The notes below the pieces were generated by a model. It ran no database searches. It was not told the DNA's origin and saw nothing but the letters and a program-made list of their open reading frames with translations. Source: Bdellovibrionales bacterium RIFOXYD12_FULL_39_22 (lineage in GTDB: Bacteria > Bdellovibrionota > Bacteriovoracia > Bacteriovoracales > Bacteriovoracaceae). Taken from it: DNA of 20,000 bases. A program made the translations under genes and the position numbers. The DNA is taken from contig MEQL01000054.1 of assembly GCA_001770205.1 (NCBI GenBank), forward strand, positions 58,236-78,235. The letters are read 5' to 3'. This document shows positions 1 through 8,326 of this stretch, one piece after another (position 1 is the stretch's first letter; each line of letters opens with the position of its first letter).

Positions 1-471
1 ATCTATTAACCTTGACTGCTGTAGTGTCATGATAAAAATTATAATTAAACTGGCCAACATAACTAGAAGGCCTGGCCGAAACTTTTCAAAAACAATTGAA
101 GTAATAATAACATGAGGCAAATAGAGCACTGCCAGATTGATAGGAATCATTCCATATTTATCTATCAACATTGTGACACAAAGATAGTCGACAAAAACCT
201 GGGCAAAAAAGAAATAGACCCTAATTTTACTTAGCGAATCATATTTATTATGAAAAAAAAGATATATCAGGTAAAAAAATAAATTAGCTCCTCCCAAAAT
301 AAAAATAACGCTTTTTATGGTTACAATACCACCAATAAAAAAACGTAAAAGTTGAAAATGCTGTAAAGTGGCCAGCAGCGAAAGAATTAAAAAAACTATC
401 CAGCGCAACTGAATCAACCAGTAGAGCCTAATCTGCAAAAAATCACTTTTGCGCATGGTAAAAGTGGCCAT
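1..471 (-). CDS. Multi-pass membrane protein, probably the N-terminal sensor region of a histidine kinase or other signalling protein (partial, runs off the left edge)
   Basis: Not in the ORF track. Manual translation from ATG 471 stays open to base 1: MATFTMRKSDFLQIRLYWLIQLRWIVFLILSLLA...FFFAQVFVDYLCVTMLI...LYLPHVIITSIVF..., with about 5 hydrophobic segments. RLYWLIQLRW resembles the RLxxLxxLRW start of RegB-like sensors. It starts 4 nt after the receiver gene stop. No catalytic domain is visible in the window. Confidence 0.7.
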   Translation of the reverse strand, partial: MATFTMRKSDFLQIRLYWLIQLRWIVFLILSLLATLQHFQLLRFFIGGIVTIKSVIFILGGANLFFYLIYLFFHNKYDSLSKIRVYFFFAQVFVDYLCVTMLIDKYGMIPINLAVLYLPHVIITSIVFEKFRPGLLVMLASLIIIFIMTLQQSRLID

Positions 472-475
472 TAGT

Positions 476-880
476 TTACTTTACCAGCTCATTTATCTTG
501 GCCAGTAGTATACTTGGGCGAATAGGCTTTTCCATGAAAAAATCTGCCGGAATTGACCCTTTTCCACTTACTGAGTTAATTGCTGAGGTAAAGGCCATAT
601 TAAATTTCTCGTTAATGGCCGAAAGAATTATCACCGGAATATGCTTAATTCGTAAATCTTCTTTGATGGCGCGGCATAATTCAAAGCCAGTCGTCGGATT
701 TTCTGGAAACATTACATCTAAAATTACCAGGTGAGGCATCTCTTTTGCGATCATTTCTATGGCCTCATTTTCTGAACTGGAGGAGACCACCTCCATACCA
801 GAAGACTCTAAGGATATCTTTAATGCCTCTATTTGATCTAGATCATCATCTACAATTGCTATTTTTCGCTTACTCCCCAT
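476..880 (-). CDS. Single-domain response regulator (CheY-like receiver)
   Basis: IAIVDDD acidic pocket, LVILDVMFP phospho-Asp, IILSA and EKP motifs. Start moved to ATG 880 (MGSKRK), which follows the SD GAAGGAG. Confidence 0.9.
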   Translation of the reverse strand: MGSKRKIAIVDDDLDQIEALKISLESSGMEVVSSSSENEAIEMIAKEMPHLVILDVMFPENPTTGFELCRAIKEDLRIKHIPVIILSAINEKFNMAFTSAINSVSGKGSIPADFFMEKPIRPSILLAKINELVK

Positions 881-911
881 ATCATCAACTCCTTCACTGT
901 TTCTACTATTT

Positions 912-1586
912 TTACGGCATATCAATGCTGGTAACGTAATCTAAACATTGTGTCAGCAACTCTGATTTTGGATAAAGTTTTAACCCTGCCCGATATGTCT
1001 CTATTGCCTTAATAAGATTTCCATTTTTTTGATACATCTTGCCTAAATGGTAGTAGGCGACGGCATTTCTTTTGGTCAACTTCAGCACATGCTCGAAGCA
1101 CTTGATTGCATTTTCCGTATCCCCAATTTCCTCGTAGGATAGTCCCAGCTCACAGGCCACGATCGACCACTCTGGCGATTCTCGTAAAAGTTCCGAATAT
1201 ATGGCAATAACTTTCCCGTGTTCAAATTCGAATTTATGGCACTTTCCTAACCAATAATGTGCCATTTTCATATTAGGTTCAAGCGCAATAACCCTTTCAA
1301 AAGCAACCTTGGCCGCTTCAAAATTGGCCTTATAAAACTCACAAATCCCCAGTTCATAGAAGGCCATCGCATTTTGGCCATCGATGGCCGTTACTAAGCG
1401 AAAGCCCTCTGCCGCCACCATGGTGTTTCCACGCAAAAAGTTAATGCGACTTAAAAATTGGTGCAAACTAGTACTTTCAGGGTGCTTGGCAATCAACGTT
1501 TTTAAGGCAGAAAGAACCCGTTCAGGCTCGTGAAGATTCATCAAATCATCCAACGTTAATCCTTCTAATTCTGTTAATGCTACCAT
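912..1586 (-). CDS. Tetratricopeptide repeat (TPR) protein
   Basis: Repeated 34-aa TPR patterns (AFYELGIC...AKVAFERVIALEP, AHYWLG, AYYHLGKMY...AIETYRAGLKLYP). Start moved to ATG 1586 after the SD AGAGGGAG. Confidence 0.85.
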   Translation of the reverse strand: MVALTELEGLTLDDLMNLHEPERVLSALKTLIAKHPESTSLHQFLSRINFLRGNTMVAAEGFRLVTAIDGQNAMAFYELGICEFYKANFEAAKVAFERVIALEPNMKMAHYWLGKCHKFEFEHGKVIAIYSELLRESPEWSIVACELGLSYEEIGDTENAIKCFEHVLKLTKRNAVAYYHLGKMYQKNGNLIKAIETYRAGLKLYPKSELLTQCLDYVTSIDMP

Positions 1587-1641
1587 AAAACTCCCTCTGA
1601 ACATCGCACTAGGCACTGCTAAACATTATCTAGATATAAAA

Positions 1642-1670
1642 AGGATAACCACTCGGAGTACTCCCGTCAA
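1642..1670 (-). promoter_or_regulatory. Putative sigma70 promoter of the TPR-receiver-sensor operon
   Basis: Minus strand TTGACG (1670-1665), 17-nt spacer, TATCCT (1647-1642). The spacer contains the palindrome GGAGTACTCC. Confidence 0.5.
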
Positions 1671-1856
1671 TCATCAAATCATCAGAAAATATTAAAGAGA
1701 TAAATCTCTTCTTGCCTCAGCATGAGCATCATATTATTATGTTCTACTCTTCTGTAATTTAACTGTAGCAAAGTGCAACTCCAAAGCAATTTATATAAGT
1801 AAATTATAGGTAATTTATAAACTTCAACCCGATATATAACCATGAGGAAGGCGCAG

Positions 1857-3086
1857 ATGAAAAAAATCAAAGTAGCAAACCCGGTAGTAGAACTTGATGG
1901 CGATGAAATGACCAGAATTATCTGGAAATTTATCAAAGACAAACTTATTCACCCATACCTCGATATTGACATAAAATATTACGATCTTGGCATTGAAAAT
2001 CGTGACAAGACCGAAGATAAAGTAACGGTTGAAGCGGCCGAGGCCATAAAAAAATATAACGTAGGAATTAAGTGCGCCACGATCACCCCCGACGAAGAGC
2101 GAGTAAAAGAATTCAACCTCAAAAAAATGTGGAAATCACCCAATGGTACCATCCGAAATATTTTAGATGGTACCGTTTTTAGAGAACCAATTATCTGCAA
2201 AAATGTTCCCCGCCTAGTTCCTGGCTGGACAAAACCTGTCTGCATTGGCCGTCACGCGCACGGAGATCAATACAAGGCCACCGACTTTGTAACTAAGGGA
2301 AAAGGAAAACTTACGATAACTTTTACCCCAGAAGGTGGCGCTCCACAAACTCATGAAGTAAATAACTATAAGGGCGATGGAGTTGCCTTGGCCATGTTCA
2401 ATACCGATGAATCAATCGCCGGTTTTGCCCGCAGCTGCTTTAATATGGCCTTAAGTAAAGGATGGCCGCTATATCTTTCTACTAAAAATACTATCCTTAA
2501 GCAGTACGATGGCCGCTTCAAAGATATTTTTCAGGAAATTTACGAACAAGAGTACAAATCAAAATTTAGCTCAAAAAAAATCACCTATGAACATCGCTTA
2601 ATTGACGACATGGTTGCTCAATGTCTAAAGTGGAATGGCGAATACGTTTGGGCCTGTAAAAATTATGATGGCGACGTGCAGTCAGACACCGTAGCGCAAG
2701 GTTATGGTTCATTAGGACTTATGACCTCCGTCCTTATGACACCAGACGGGAAAACCATTGAGGCCGAAGCTGCTCACGGAACCGTCACCAGACATTATCG
2801 TGATCATCAAAAAGGTAAGTCCACCTCCACAAATCCTATCGCCTCTATCTTTGCCTGGACTCGCGGATTAGCATTCCGAGGAAAACTAGACAACAACCAA
2901 GAATTAATAAAATTTGCCGATACACTAGAGCATGTCTGCATAGAAACAGTTGAGTCCGGACAAATGACCAAGGACTTGGCACTATGTATTCATGGAAATA
3001 AACTAAATGATTCACACTATCTAACAACAGAAAAATTTCTAGATGCACTAGATAGAAATTTACAGGCAAAATATAACAATAAATAA
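1857..3086 (+). CDS. icd: NADP-dependent isocitrate dehydrogenase, type II (IDH1-like homodimer)
   Basis: [52 protein letters not shown] and [10 protein letters not shown] (Arg-His NADP determinants). Start at ATG 1857 after GAGGAAGG. Confidence 0.97.
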   Translation: MKKIKVANPVVELDGDEMTRIIWKFIKDKLIHPYLDIDIKYYDLGIENRDKTEDKVTVEAAEAIKKYNVGIKCATITPDEERVKEFNLKKMWKSPNGTIRNILDGTVFREPIICKNVPRLVPGWTKPVCIGRHAHGDQYKATDFVTKGKGKLTITFTPEGGAPQTHEVNNYKGDGVALAMFNTDESIAGFARSCFNMALSKGWPLYLSTKNTILKQYDGRFKDIFQEIYEQEYKSKFSSKKITYEHRLIDDMVAQCLKWNGEYVWACKNYDGDVQSDTVAQGYGSLGLMTSVLMTPDGKTIEAEAAHGTVTRHYRDHQKGKSTSTNPIASIFAWTRGLAFRGKLDNNQELIKFADTLEHVCIETVESGQMTKDLALCIHGNKLNDSHYLTTEKFLDALDRNLQAKYNNK

Positions 3087-3140
3087 GAAGGAATTATATA
3101 TTAACAAACCCCAAATAACTAACAATTATAAGGAGCATTT

Positions 3141-4430
3141 ATGAGTGGCAAAAAGGCCAAAATCGAATTAGAGGGAAAAACTTACGAACTACCAACTTTT
3201 GAAGGATCTGAGGGCGAAAAGGCCGTTGACATCAGCTCCTTGCGCAACCAGTCCGGTTACATCACCTATGATAATGGCTACGGAAATACTGGCTCTACCA
3301 AAAGTTCAATCACTTTTCTAGATGGAGAGAAAGGAATATTGCGCTATCGCGGATATAATATTGATGAGCTTTGTGAGAAAGCATCTTTTCTAGAAGTGGC
3401 CTATCTACTTATCAATAAAGCTCTGCCAACAAAAACCCAACTGGATGCTTTTGAAAAAAATATTAAAGAGCACACCATGATCAACGAAGACTACAAGCAC
3501 TATTTCGATGTATGGCCACGCTCCGCTCACCCCATGGGCATTTTGGCCTCGGCCATCAGCGGACTTGCCGCATTTTATGATGACTGCCTCAACCCCAATG
3601 ACCAAAAACAAGCACATATCGCAACCATCCGCCTATTAGCAAAAATGCCGACCTTTGCCGCCTATGCTTATAAAAAATCCATGGGCCAGCCTTTTATCTA
3701 TCCTAAAAATAAATTAGGCTACTGCGGAAACTTTTTAAACATGATGTACTCCTGCCCAACTGACGAATATAAAGTTGATCCCGATATGGAACGGGCCTTA
3801 AATCAACTACTAATTATCCACGCAGACCATGAACAAAACTGTTCCACCTCTGCCGTTAAAGTCATTGGAAGCAGCCAAGCAAATCTTTTTGCCGCTGTTG
3901 CCGGAGGAATCAATGCACTGTGGGGGCCACTACATGGCGGTGCCAATCAAGCGGTGCTAGAGATGCTTGAAGAAATTCATGTTAATGGAGGCGACGTAAC
4001 AAAATATGTGGCCCGTGCTAAGGATAAAAATGACTCTTTTAAATTGATGGGCTTTGGCCATCGGGTTTACAAAAACTTTGATCCTCGGGCCACCATCATC
4101 AAACGCTCTTGCGATATCATCTTAAACAAGATGGGAATCCATGATCCACTTCTAGATATTGCTAAAAAACTCGAAGAGATCGCACTTAAAGATAGCTACT
4201 TCATTGAGAAGAAACTATATCCAAATGTTGATTTCTATTCCGGTATTATCTATAAGGCCATGGGCTTTCCAGTTAATATGTTCACAGTTTTATTCTCACT
4301 AGGAAGACTACCTGGTTGGATTGCTCAGTGGAAAGAGATGATTGAAGATCCTGAAAGTAAAATAGCACGGCCTCGTCAAATTTATACTGGTGAAAAACAG
4401 CGAAATATTGTTCCCATCATGGAGCGATAA
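3141..4430 (+). CDS. gltA: Citrate synthase (Gram-negative GltA type)
   Basis: ITFLDGEKGILRYRGY, HADHEQNCST, WGPLHGGAN, MGFGHRVYKNFDPRA, YPNVDFYSG and RPRQIY. SD AAGGAG. Confidence 0.97.
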   Translation: MSGKKAKIELEGKTYELPTFEGSEGEKAVDISSLRNQSGYITYDNGYGNTGSTKSSITFLDGEKGILRYRGYNIDELCEKASFLEVAYLLINKALPTKTQLDAFEKNIKEHTMINEDYKHYFDVWPRSAHPMGILASAISGLAAFYDDCLNPNDQKQAHIATIRLLAKMPTFAAYAYKKSMGQPFIYPKNKLGYCGNFLNMMYSCPTDEYKVDPDMERALNQLLIIHADHEQNCSTSAVKVIGSSQANLFAAVAGGINALWGPLHGGANQAVLEMLEEIHVNGGDVTKYVARAKDKNDSFKLMGFGHRVYKNFDPRATIIKRSCDIILNKMGIHDPLLDIAKKLEEIALKDSYFIEKKLYPNVDFYSGIIYKAMGFPVNMFTVLFSLGRLPGWIAQWKEMIEDPESKIARPRQIYTGEKQRNIVPIMER

Positions 4431-4433
4431 CTT

Positions 4434-5186
4434 TTAGCTTATCCTTTCTCTAATCTGGGCGATAATTTCATCGCCCAGAATGGGGATAAGCTTTTCCTTA
4501 TTTGAACTAAAGGCCACCAAATTTCCAAAACTTTCCTCTACCGTTGAATAGCGATCTACTCCTAATCCACAGGGATTTATCTTGGCAAGTTCAGCAAAAA
4601 TAGTGTTATCAAATAAAACATTCAAGGCCAATCCATGATAAGTTACGAAGTGTTCCAGAGCAAATCCGATTGAAGCTAATTTTTTATCCTTATGCCAAAT
4701 TCCCAAAAGTGGCCTATCGTGAGACAGCGGGCCGCCCCCGCGCTTAAACAACACCTCTTCAACTATTTGCGCCAAAAAATTAATTAAACTTTTTACACTA
4801 AACTCTCCATGGCCTAAATTGACAATCGGATAAATTATAAGCTGTCCTGGATAGTGAAAGGTTATACCTCCTCCTCGTTTAATTTGATGAGTAGGATAAC
4901 AAAGCTTGCTGGCCTGCGCCCAGTCAAAATCAATCAATCCTGCCTGCTGCACCTCTTTGCCTTTCTGTAATCCTCTTCCCATGGTAAAGCAGTGCGGATG
5001 ACTGCAGAGAATAAAGATCTTGATCTCTCTATTGATTCTTACCAACTGCACCATCTCCAATTGAAAGGCCAAGGCCTGTTGGTAGTCCCAGCTCCATTTA
5101 ATAATAAAAAAAGTATCGTTTCCTTCAATTATCTGGCAGTGGTAAGTATCGGCCAATTTCAAAATAAATTTTTTACTTGCTTCCAT
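4434..5186 (-). CDS. lipB: Octanoyltransferase LipB
   Basis: HPHCFTMGR, RGGGITFHYPGQ, KLASIG (catalytic Lys), HGLALN and INPCG (catalytic Cys). Overlaps the end of lipA by 14 nt. Confidence 0.92.
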   Translation of the reverse strand: MEASKKFILKLADTYHCQIIEGNDTFFIIKWSWDYQQALAFQLEMVQLVRINREIKIFILCSHPHCFTMGRGLQKGKEVQQAGLIDFDWAQASKLCYPTHQIKRGGGITFHYPGQLIIYPIVNLGHGEFSVKSLINFLAQIVEEVLFKRGGGPLSHDRPLLGIWHKDKKLASIGFALEHFVTYHGLALNVLFDNTIFAELAKINPCGLGVDRYSTVEESFGNLVAFSSNKEKLIPILGDEIIAQIRERIS

Positions 5187-6075
5187 TTTTTACTGCTAAT
5201 GCATCGACATATTCGTGGGCCCGATAAGAACTTCTTACCATGGGCCCCGCGGCCACAAAAGAAAACCCTAAATCATAAGCGGCCCTTTCTAGACGAGCAA
5301 ACTCCTCCGGCGTGTAATATTTGGCCACAGATAAATGGGAACGTGATGGCCTTAAATATTGCCCTAACGTCACAATATCTACTCCCACATTGGCCAAATC
5401 TTGCATGGCCACAACAATCTCCTCAAAACTCTCCCCCAACCCGGCCATAAGGGAGGATTTGGTAGCAATATGTGGATAGTTACTTTTAAAAAATTTTAAG
5501 ACAGAAAGCGAGAGATCATAATTGGCCCGCCGATCGCGTACTCGGGTAGTCTGAGAGCGAACTGTTTCTAGGTTGTGGGCAATCACAAAGGGTTGACTTC
5601 GGCCCAAGATATGTAAAGAGCTCTCTTCGCCCTTAAAGTCCGGGATTAGCACTTCCACCAAAAGTTTGTCATCCGACTCTTTCAAGGCCTGCACCACTTT
5701 AGCAAAATGCGCCGCCCCACCATCTTGTAAATCATCACGATCTACGCTGGTAACTACAATGTATCGCAACGCCAAGCGAGAGGCCAATGCTACCGTCGAG
5801 GCAATTTCATTCTGATCAATAACCCCTTTTGGATTTCCTGTTTTAACATTACAAAAACGACAGCCTCGCGTACACGTGTCCCCTAAAATCATGGCCGTGG
5901 CCGTGCGCTCTTGCCAACACTTGCCCAAATTAGGACAACTTGCCTCTTGGCAGACCGTGTGCAATTTATTTTCCGTTAAATATTTTTTGATCTCTGTAAA
6001 ATTTTCGCCACCTGGTATCTTAGAGCGAATCCAGGGTGGAATACGCAAAGGCCTCTCTGCTGTGGAACTATTCAT
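5173..6075 (-). CDS. lipA: Lipoyl synthase LipA (radical SAM)
   Basis: CQEASCPNLGKC (CX4CX5C), CTRGCRFC (CX3CX2C), TSVDRDDL, HNLETV, GQYLRP and RSSY. Likely start is ATG 6075, overlapping the upstream stop (ATGAATAG). Confidence 0.97.
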   Translation of the reverse strand: MNSSTAERPLRIPPWIRSKIPGGENFTEIKKYLTENKLHTVCQEASCPNLGKCWQERTATAMILGDTCTRGCRFCNVKTGNPKGVIDQNEIASTVALASRLALRYIVVTSVDRDDLQDGGAAHFAKVVQALKESDDKLLVEVLIPDFKGEESSLHILGRSQPFVIAHNLETVRSQTTRVRDRRANYDLSLSVLKFFKSNYPHIATKSSLMAGLGESFEEIVVAMQDLANVGVDIVTLGQYLRPSRSHLSVAKYYTPEEFARLERAAYDLGFSFVAAGPMVRSSYRAHEYVDALAVKNGSK

Positions 6076-6508
6076 TTCCACTTCCGCTACTTTGTGAGGA
6101 ATTTTTGTTGTCAGCTTTGGCCATACTCTCAACTATATCCCGTAAATTTTTTATCTCTAGCTTTAAATTATCTATTTCCAATTTCAAGCTCGTAATGGAT
6201 TTTTCTTTTTCTACCAAATCTTCTTTTAATTTAAGAAGTGTCTCATTTTTTAAATCAGTAACACTCTTTTCTAACTCTAAATATTTGGCCGTAAAGTTTT
6301 GCAGGTATAGTTCCAAATTATTAAAACGCTTTCCTTGACTATCCCCCTCTCCTTTACTGGGATGATATTCTGCTAGCGGTTTAGAACGGTCGATGTCATC
6401 ATCAAATGTCATGGCCGTCAGCGGCCACTGTAAAAAAACTGAAATGATAATTGCGAGATAATACGCCACTTTCTTGATTTTCATTTTCATTTTCATTTTC
6501 ATTTTCAT
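6068..6508 (-). CDS. Hypothetical exported coiled-coil protein
   Basis: Basic N-terminus plus hydrophobic signal-like segment (VAYYLAIIISVFLQWPLTA), then a heptad Leu/Glu/Lys-rich C-terminal half. Fits tightly between the HD-GYP gene and lipA. Confidence 0.7.
   Translation of the reverse strand: MKMKMKMKMKIKKVAYYLAIIISVFLQWPLTAMTFDDDIDRSKPLAEYHPSKGEGDSQGKRFNNLELYLQNFTAKYLELEKSVTDLKNETLLKLKEDLVEKEKSITSLKLEIDNLKLEIKNLRDIVESMAKADNKNSSQSSGSGNE
6479..6508 (-). repeat. Perfect hexanucleotide tandem repeat (ATGAAA)x5 encoding MKMKMKMKMK
   Basis: The plus strand reads (TTTCAT)x5 at 6479-6508. Confidence 0.95.
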
Positions 6509-6520
6509 TCAAGAAAACTA

Positions 6521-8149
6521 TCAAGCAACTTTCTTCTTTGTAAATGAAATTCTTGCCCCTGCCGGAATGGCCGGAATACGATCTTCTGGTAAGACATAAC
6601 CAGGTATTTTACTCTCATCAACGACATCTATCTGATCTGGATTCATATATGACTGGGCATATTGCATGTAGATCTTTTGATCTATAAATAGATCAAAGAT
6701 ATCCTCATCTATATGATTATCTTTACGCATAAAACCCAAAATACGCAGTGCCTCAGAAAGTGTCTTCCCTTTCTTATATGGCCGATCTGGGGCAGTCAAG
6801 GCCTCAAAAATATCAGCAATCCCCATCATTCTGGCCTCCCAAGACATGTCCTCACGAGTTAATCCATTGGGATAACCTGTTCCATCCATTTTCTCATGGT
6901 GCCCGCCGGCAATTTCGGGAATCCGCATCAAATCCTTAGGCAAATGCAACTCCTTTAACATCTTTATTGTCATCTCGCTGTGATGATTAATTATCTTTCG
7001 CTCATCATCAGTTAGCGTTCCGCGGCCAACCGTCAAATTTTTCACTTCATCATCACTTAAAAGTGGTACTACTTTATCATCGAGATCTCTCCATGTTCGT
7101 TTGGCCAATTCACGCACTCGCTCTTGATCTTCTGGCCGCATAAATTCGCTACCAGTATTAGCAAAACGCAAAAAACTCTTTTCTTCCCCAAACCGTCGAA
7201 GCAACAATTGATACTTTTTTTCATTCCAAATATATTTTTCTTCATCAAAACAACCATTTTCCAAATCCTTCACCTTCTGCTCTAGTAGCCTAATTTTTTC
7301 ATCGCGCGCCAACATCTCAAAACGCAAATCCACAACATTGATCCGATCAAAAATGGCCTCTAACTTTGTGGCCTTATCAATAATATGCACCGGCGTGGTA
7401 ATTTTTCCACAATCATGAAGCAAGGCGGCCAACTTCATCTCTCGTCGCTGCTCAGGGTTCATAGAAAAATATTTAAGTGGCCCGCTACTCTCTTTTGCGG
7501 CCGCATCTGCAATCATCAGCGCCAATTGTGGAACTCGTTTACAGTGCCCACCGGTGTACTGGGACTTATCGTCAACAGCAGCAGCAATAACACGAACAAA
7601 AGATTCAAAAAGTTTATCTAAATCTGCTCGCAAAACCGCATTATACAAAGTCATTGAACTTTGTCCGGCCAACATATTGGCCAGATGAATTTCATCATCT
7701 TCAAACTGACGACTCTTACCCTCAACTCCCTTGCGAACTAGCTGAATAACTCCAATGCAAATCTGTTCTGAATTTACCAGCGGAAGTGCAATTAGCGAGA
7801 CTGGATTTTTTTCTGTGTGATCTTCCACTTTATCATAACTTTTGCGCTCAAAACGATTATCCTCATAGACGTTTTTAATTACTTCTTTCTCCACCATCAT
7901 GGAAACGTAAGTTGCCATATGCCGCAAATAAGAGGGGCCTGGTTCTGAAATATCACCACAATCTACCTGCATATGATCATCACCAGTCAGAGAGTAAAGC
8001 GTTCCTCCATCCGCATGAGTTAATTCCAACATGGCCATTAGAATTTCATGCAAGATCTGCTTTAGCTCAGTATGCCGCGCAATGCGCTGACTCAGTTTAT
8101 GTAACTGATCAACACGTTGGTAATATGCCTCTATCTCCACTCGTCCCAT
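6521..8149 (-). CDS. GAF + HD-GYP phosphodiesterase (probable c-di-GMP hydrolase) with a long insertion in the HD domain
   Basis: GAF-like ADGGTLY...LIALPL...IGVIQLV...FEDDE, then YTGGHCKRV, AALLHDCGKI, HHEKMDGTGYP and ADIFEALTAPDRPYK. Start moved to ATG 8149 because the ORF-track extension crosses AT-rich intergenic DNA and overlaps the divergent gene. Confidence 0.9.
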   Translation of the reverse strand: MGRVEIEAYYQRVDQLHKLSQRIARHTELKQILHEILMAMLELTHADGGTLYSLTGDDHMQVDCGDISEPGPSYLRHMATYVSMMVEKEVIKNVYEDNRFERKSYDKVEDHTEKNPVSLIALPLVNSEQICIGVIQLVRKGVEGKSRQFEDDEIHLANMLAGQSSMTLYNAVLRADLDKLFESFVRVIAAAVDDKSQYTGGHCKRVPQLALMIADAAAKESSGPLKYFSMNPEQRREMKLAALLHDCGKITTPVHIIDKATKLEAIFDRINVVDLRFEMLARDEKIRLLEQKVKDLENGCFDEEKYIWNEKKYQLLLRRFGEEKSFLRFANTGSEFMRPEDQERVRELAKRTWRDLDDKVVPLLSDDEVKNLTVGRGTLTDDERKIINHHSEMTIKMLKELHLPKDLMRIPEIAGGHHEKMDGTGYPNGLTREDMSWEARMMGIADIFEALTAPDRPYKKGKTLSEALRILGFMRKDNHIDEDIFDLFIDQKIYMQYAQSYMNPDQIDVVDESKIPGYVLPEDRIPAIPAGARISFTKKKVA

Positions 8150-8326
8150 AGTAGACTTCTCGGCAAATTTAATATTAATTTGATAAGTTAAGGGCATAAA
8201 AATTGTAAAATGTTTTATATTTAATATAATTATTTCACAGCGCGTCATTAATTGATGCATTTTGTCATAAATGGAGCTAAATTCTCCATAAACATGGCCG
8301 ACTATTTTCCTTTTTAAGGAGTTTTT

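Noticed and set aside
1682..1942. 86-aa minus-strand ORF
   Set aside because: Overlaps the icd start antisense and spans AT-rich promoter DNA.
4992..5450. 152-aa plus-strand ORF, and the other short ORFs nested in or antisense to assigned genes
   Set aside because: They overlap well-supported genes and have no SD or domain signatures.
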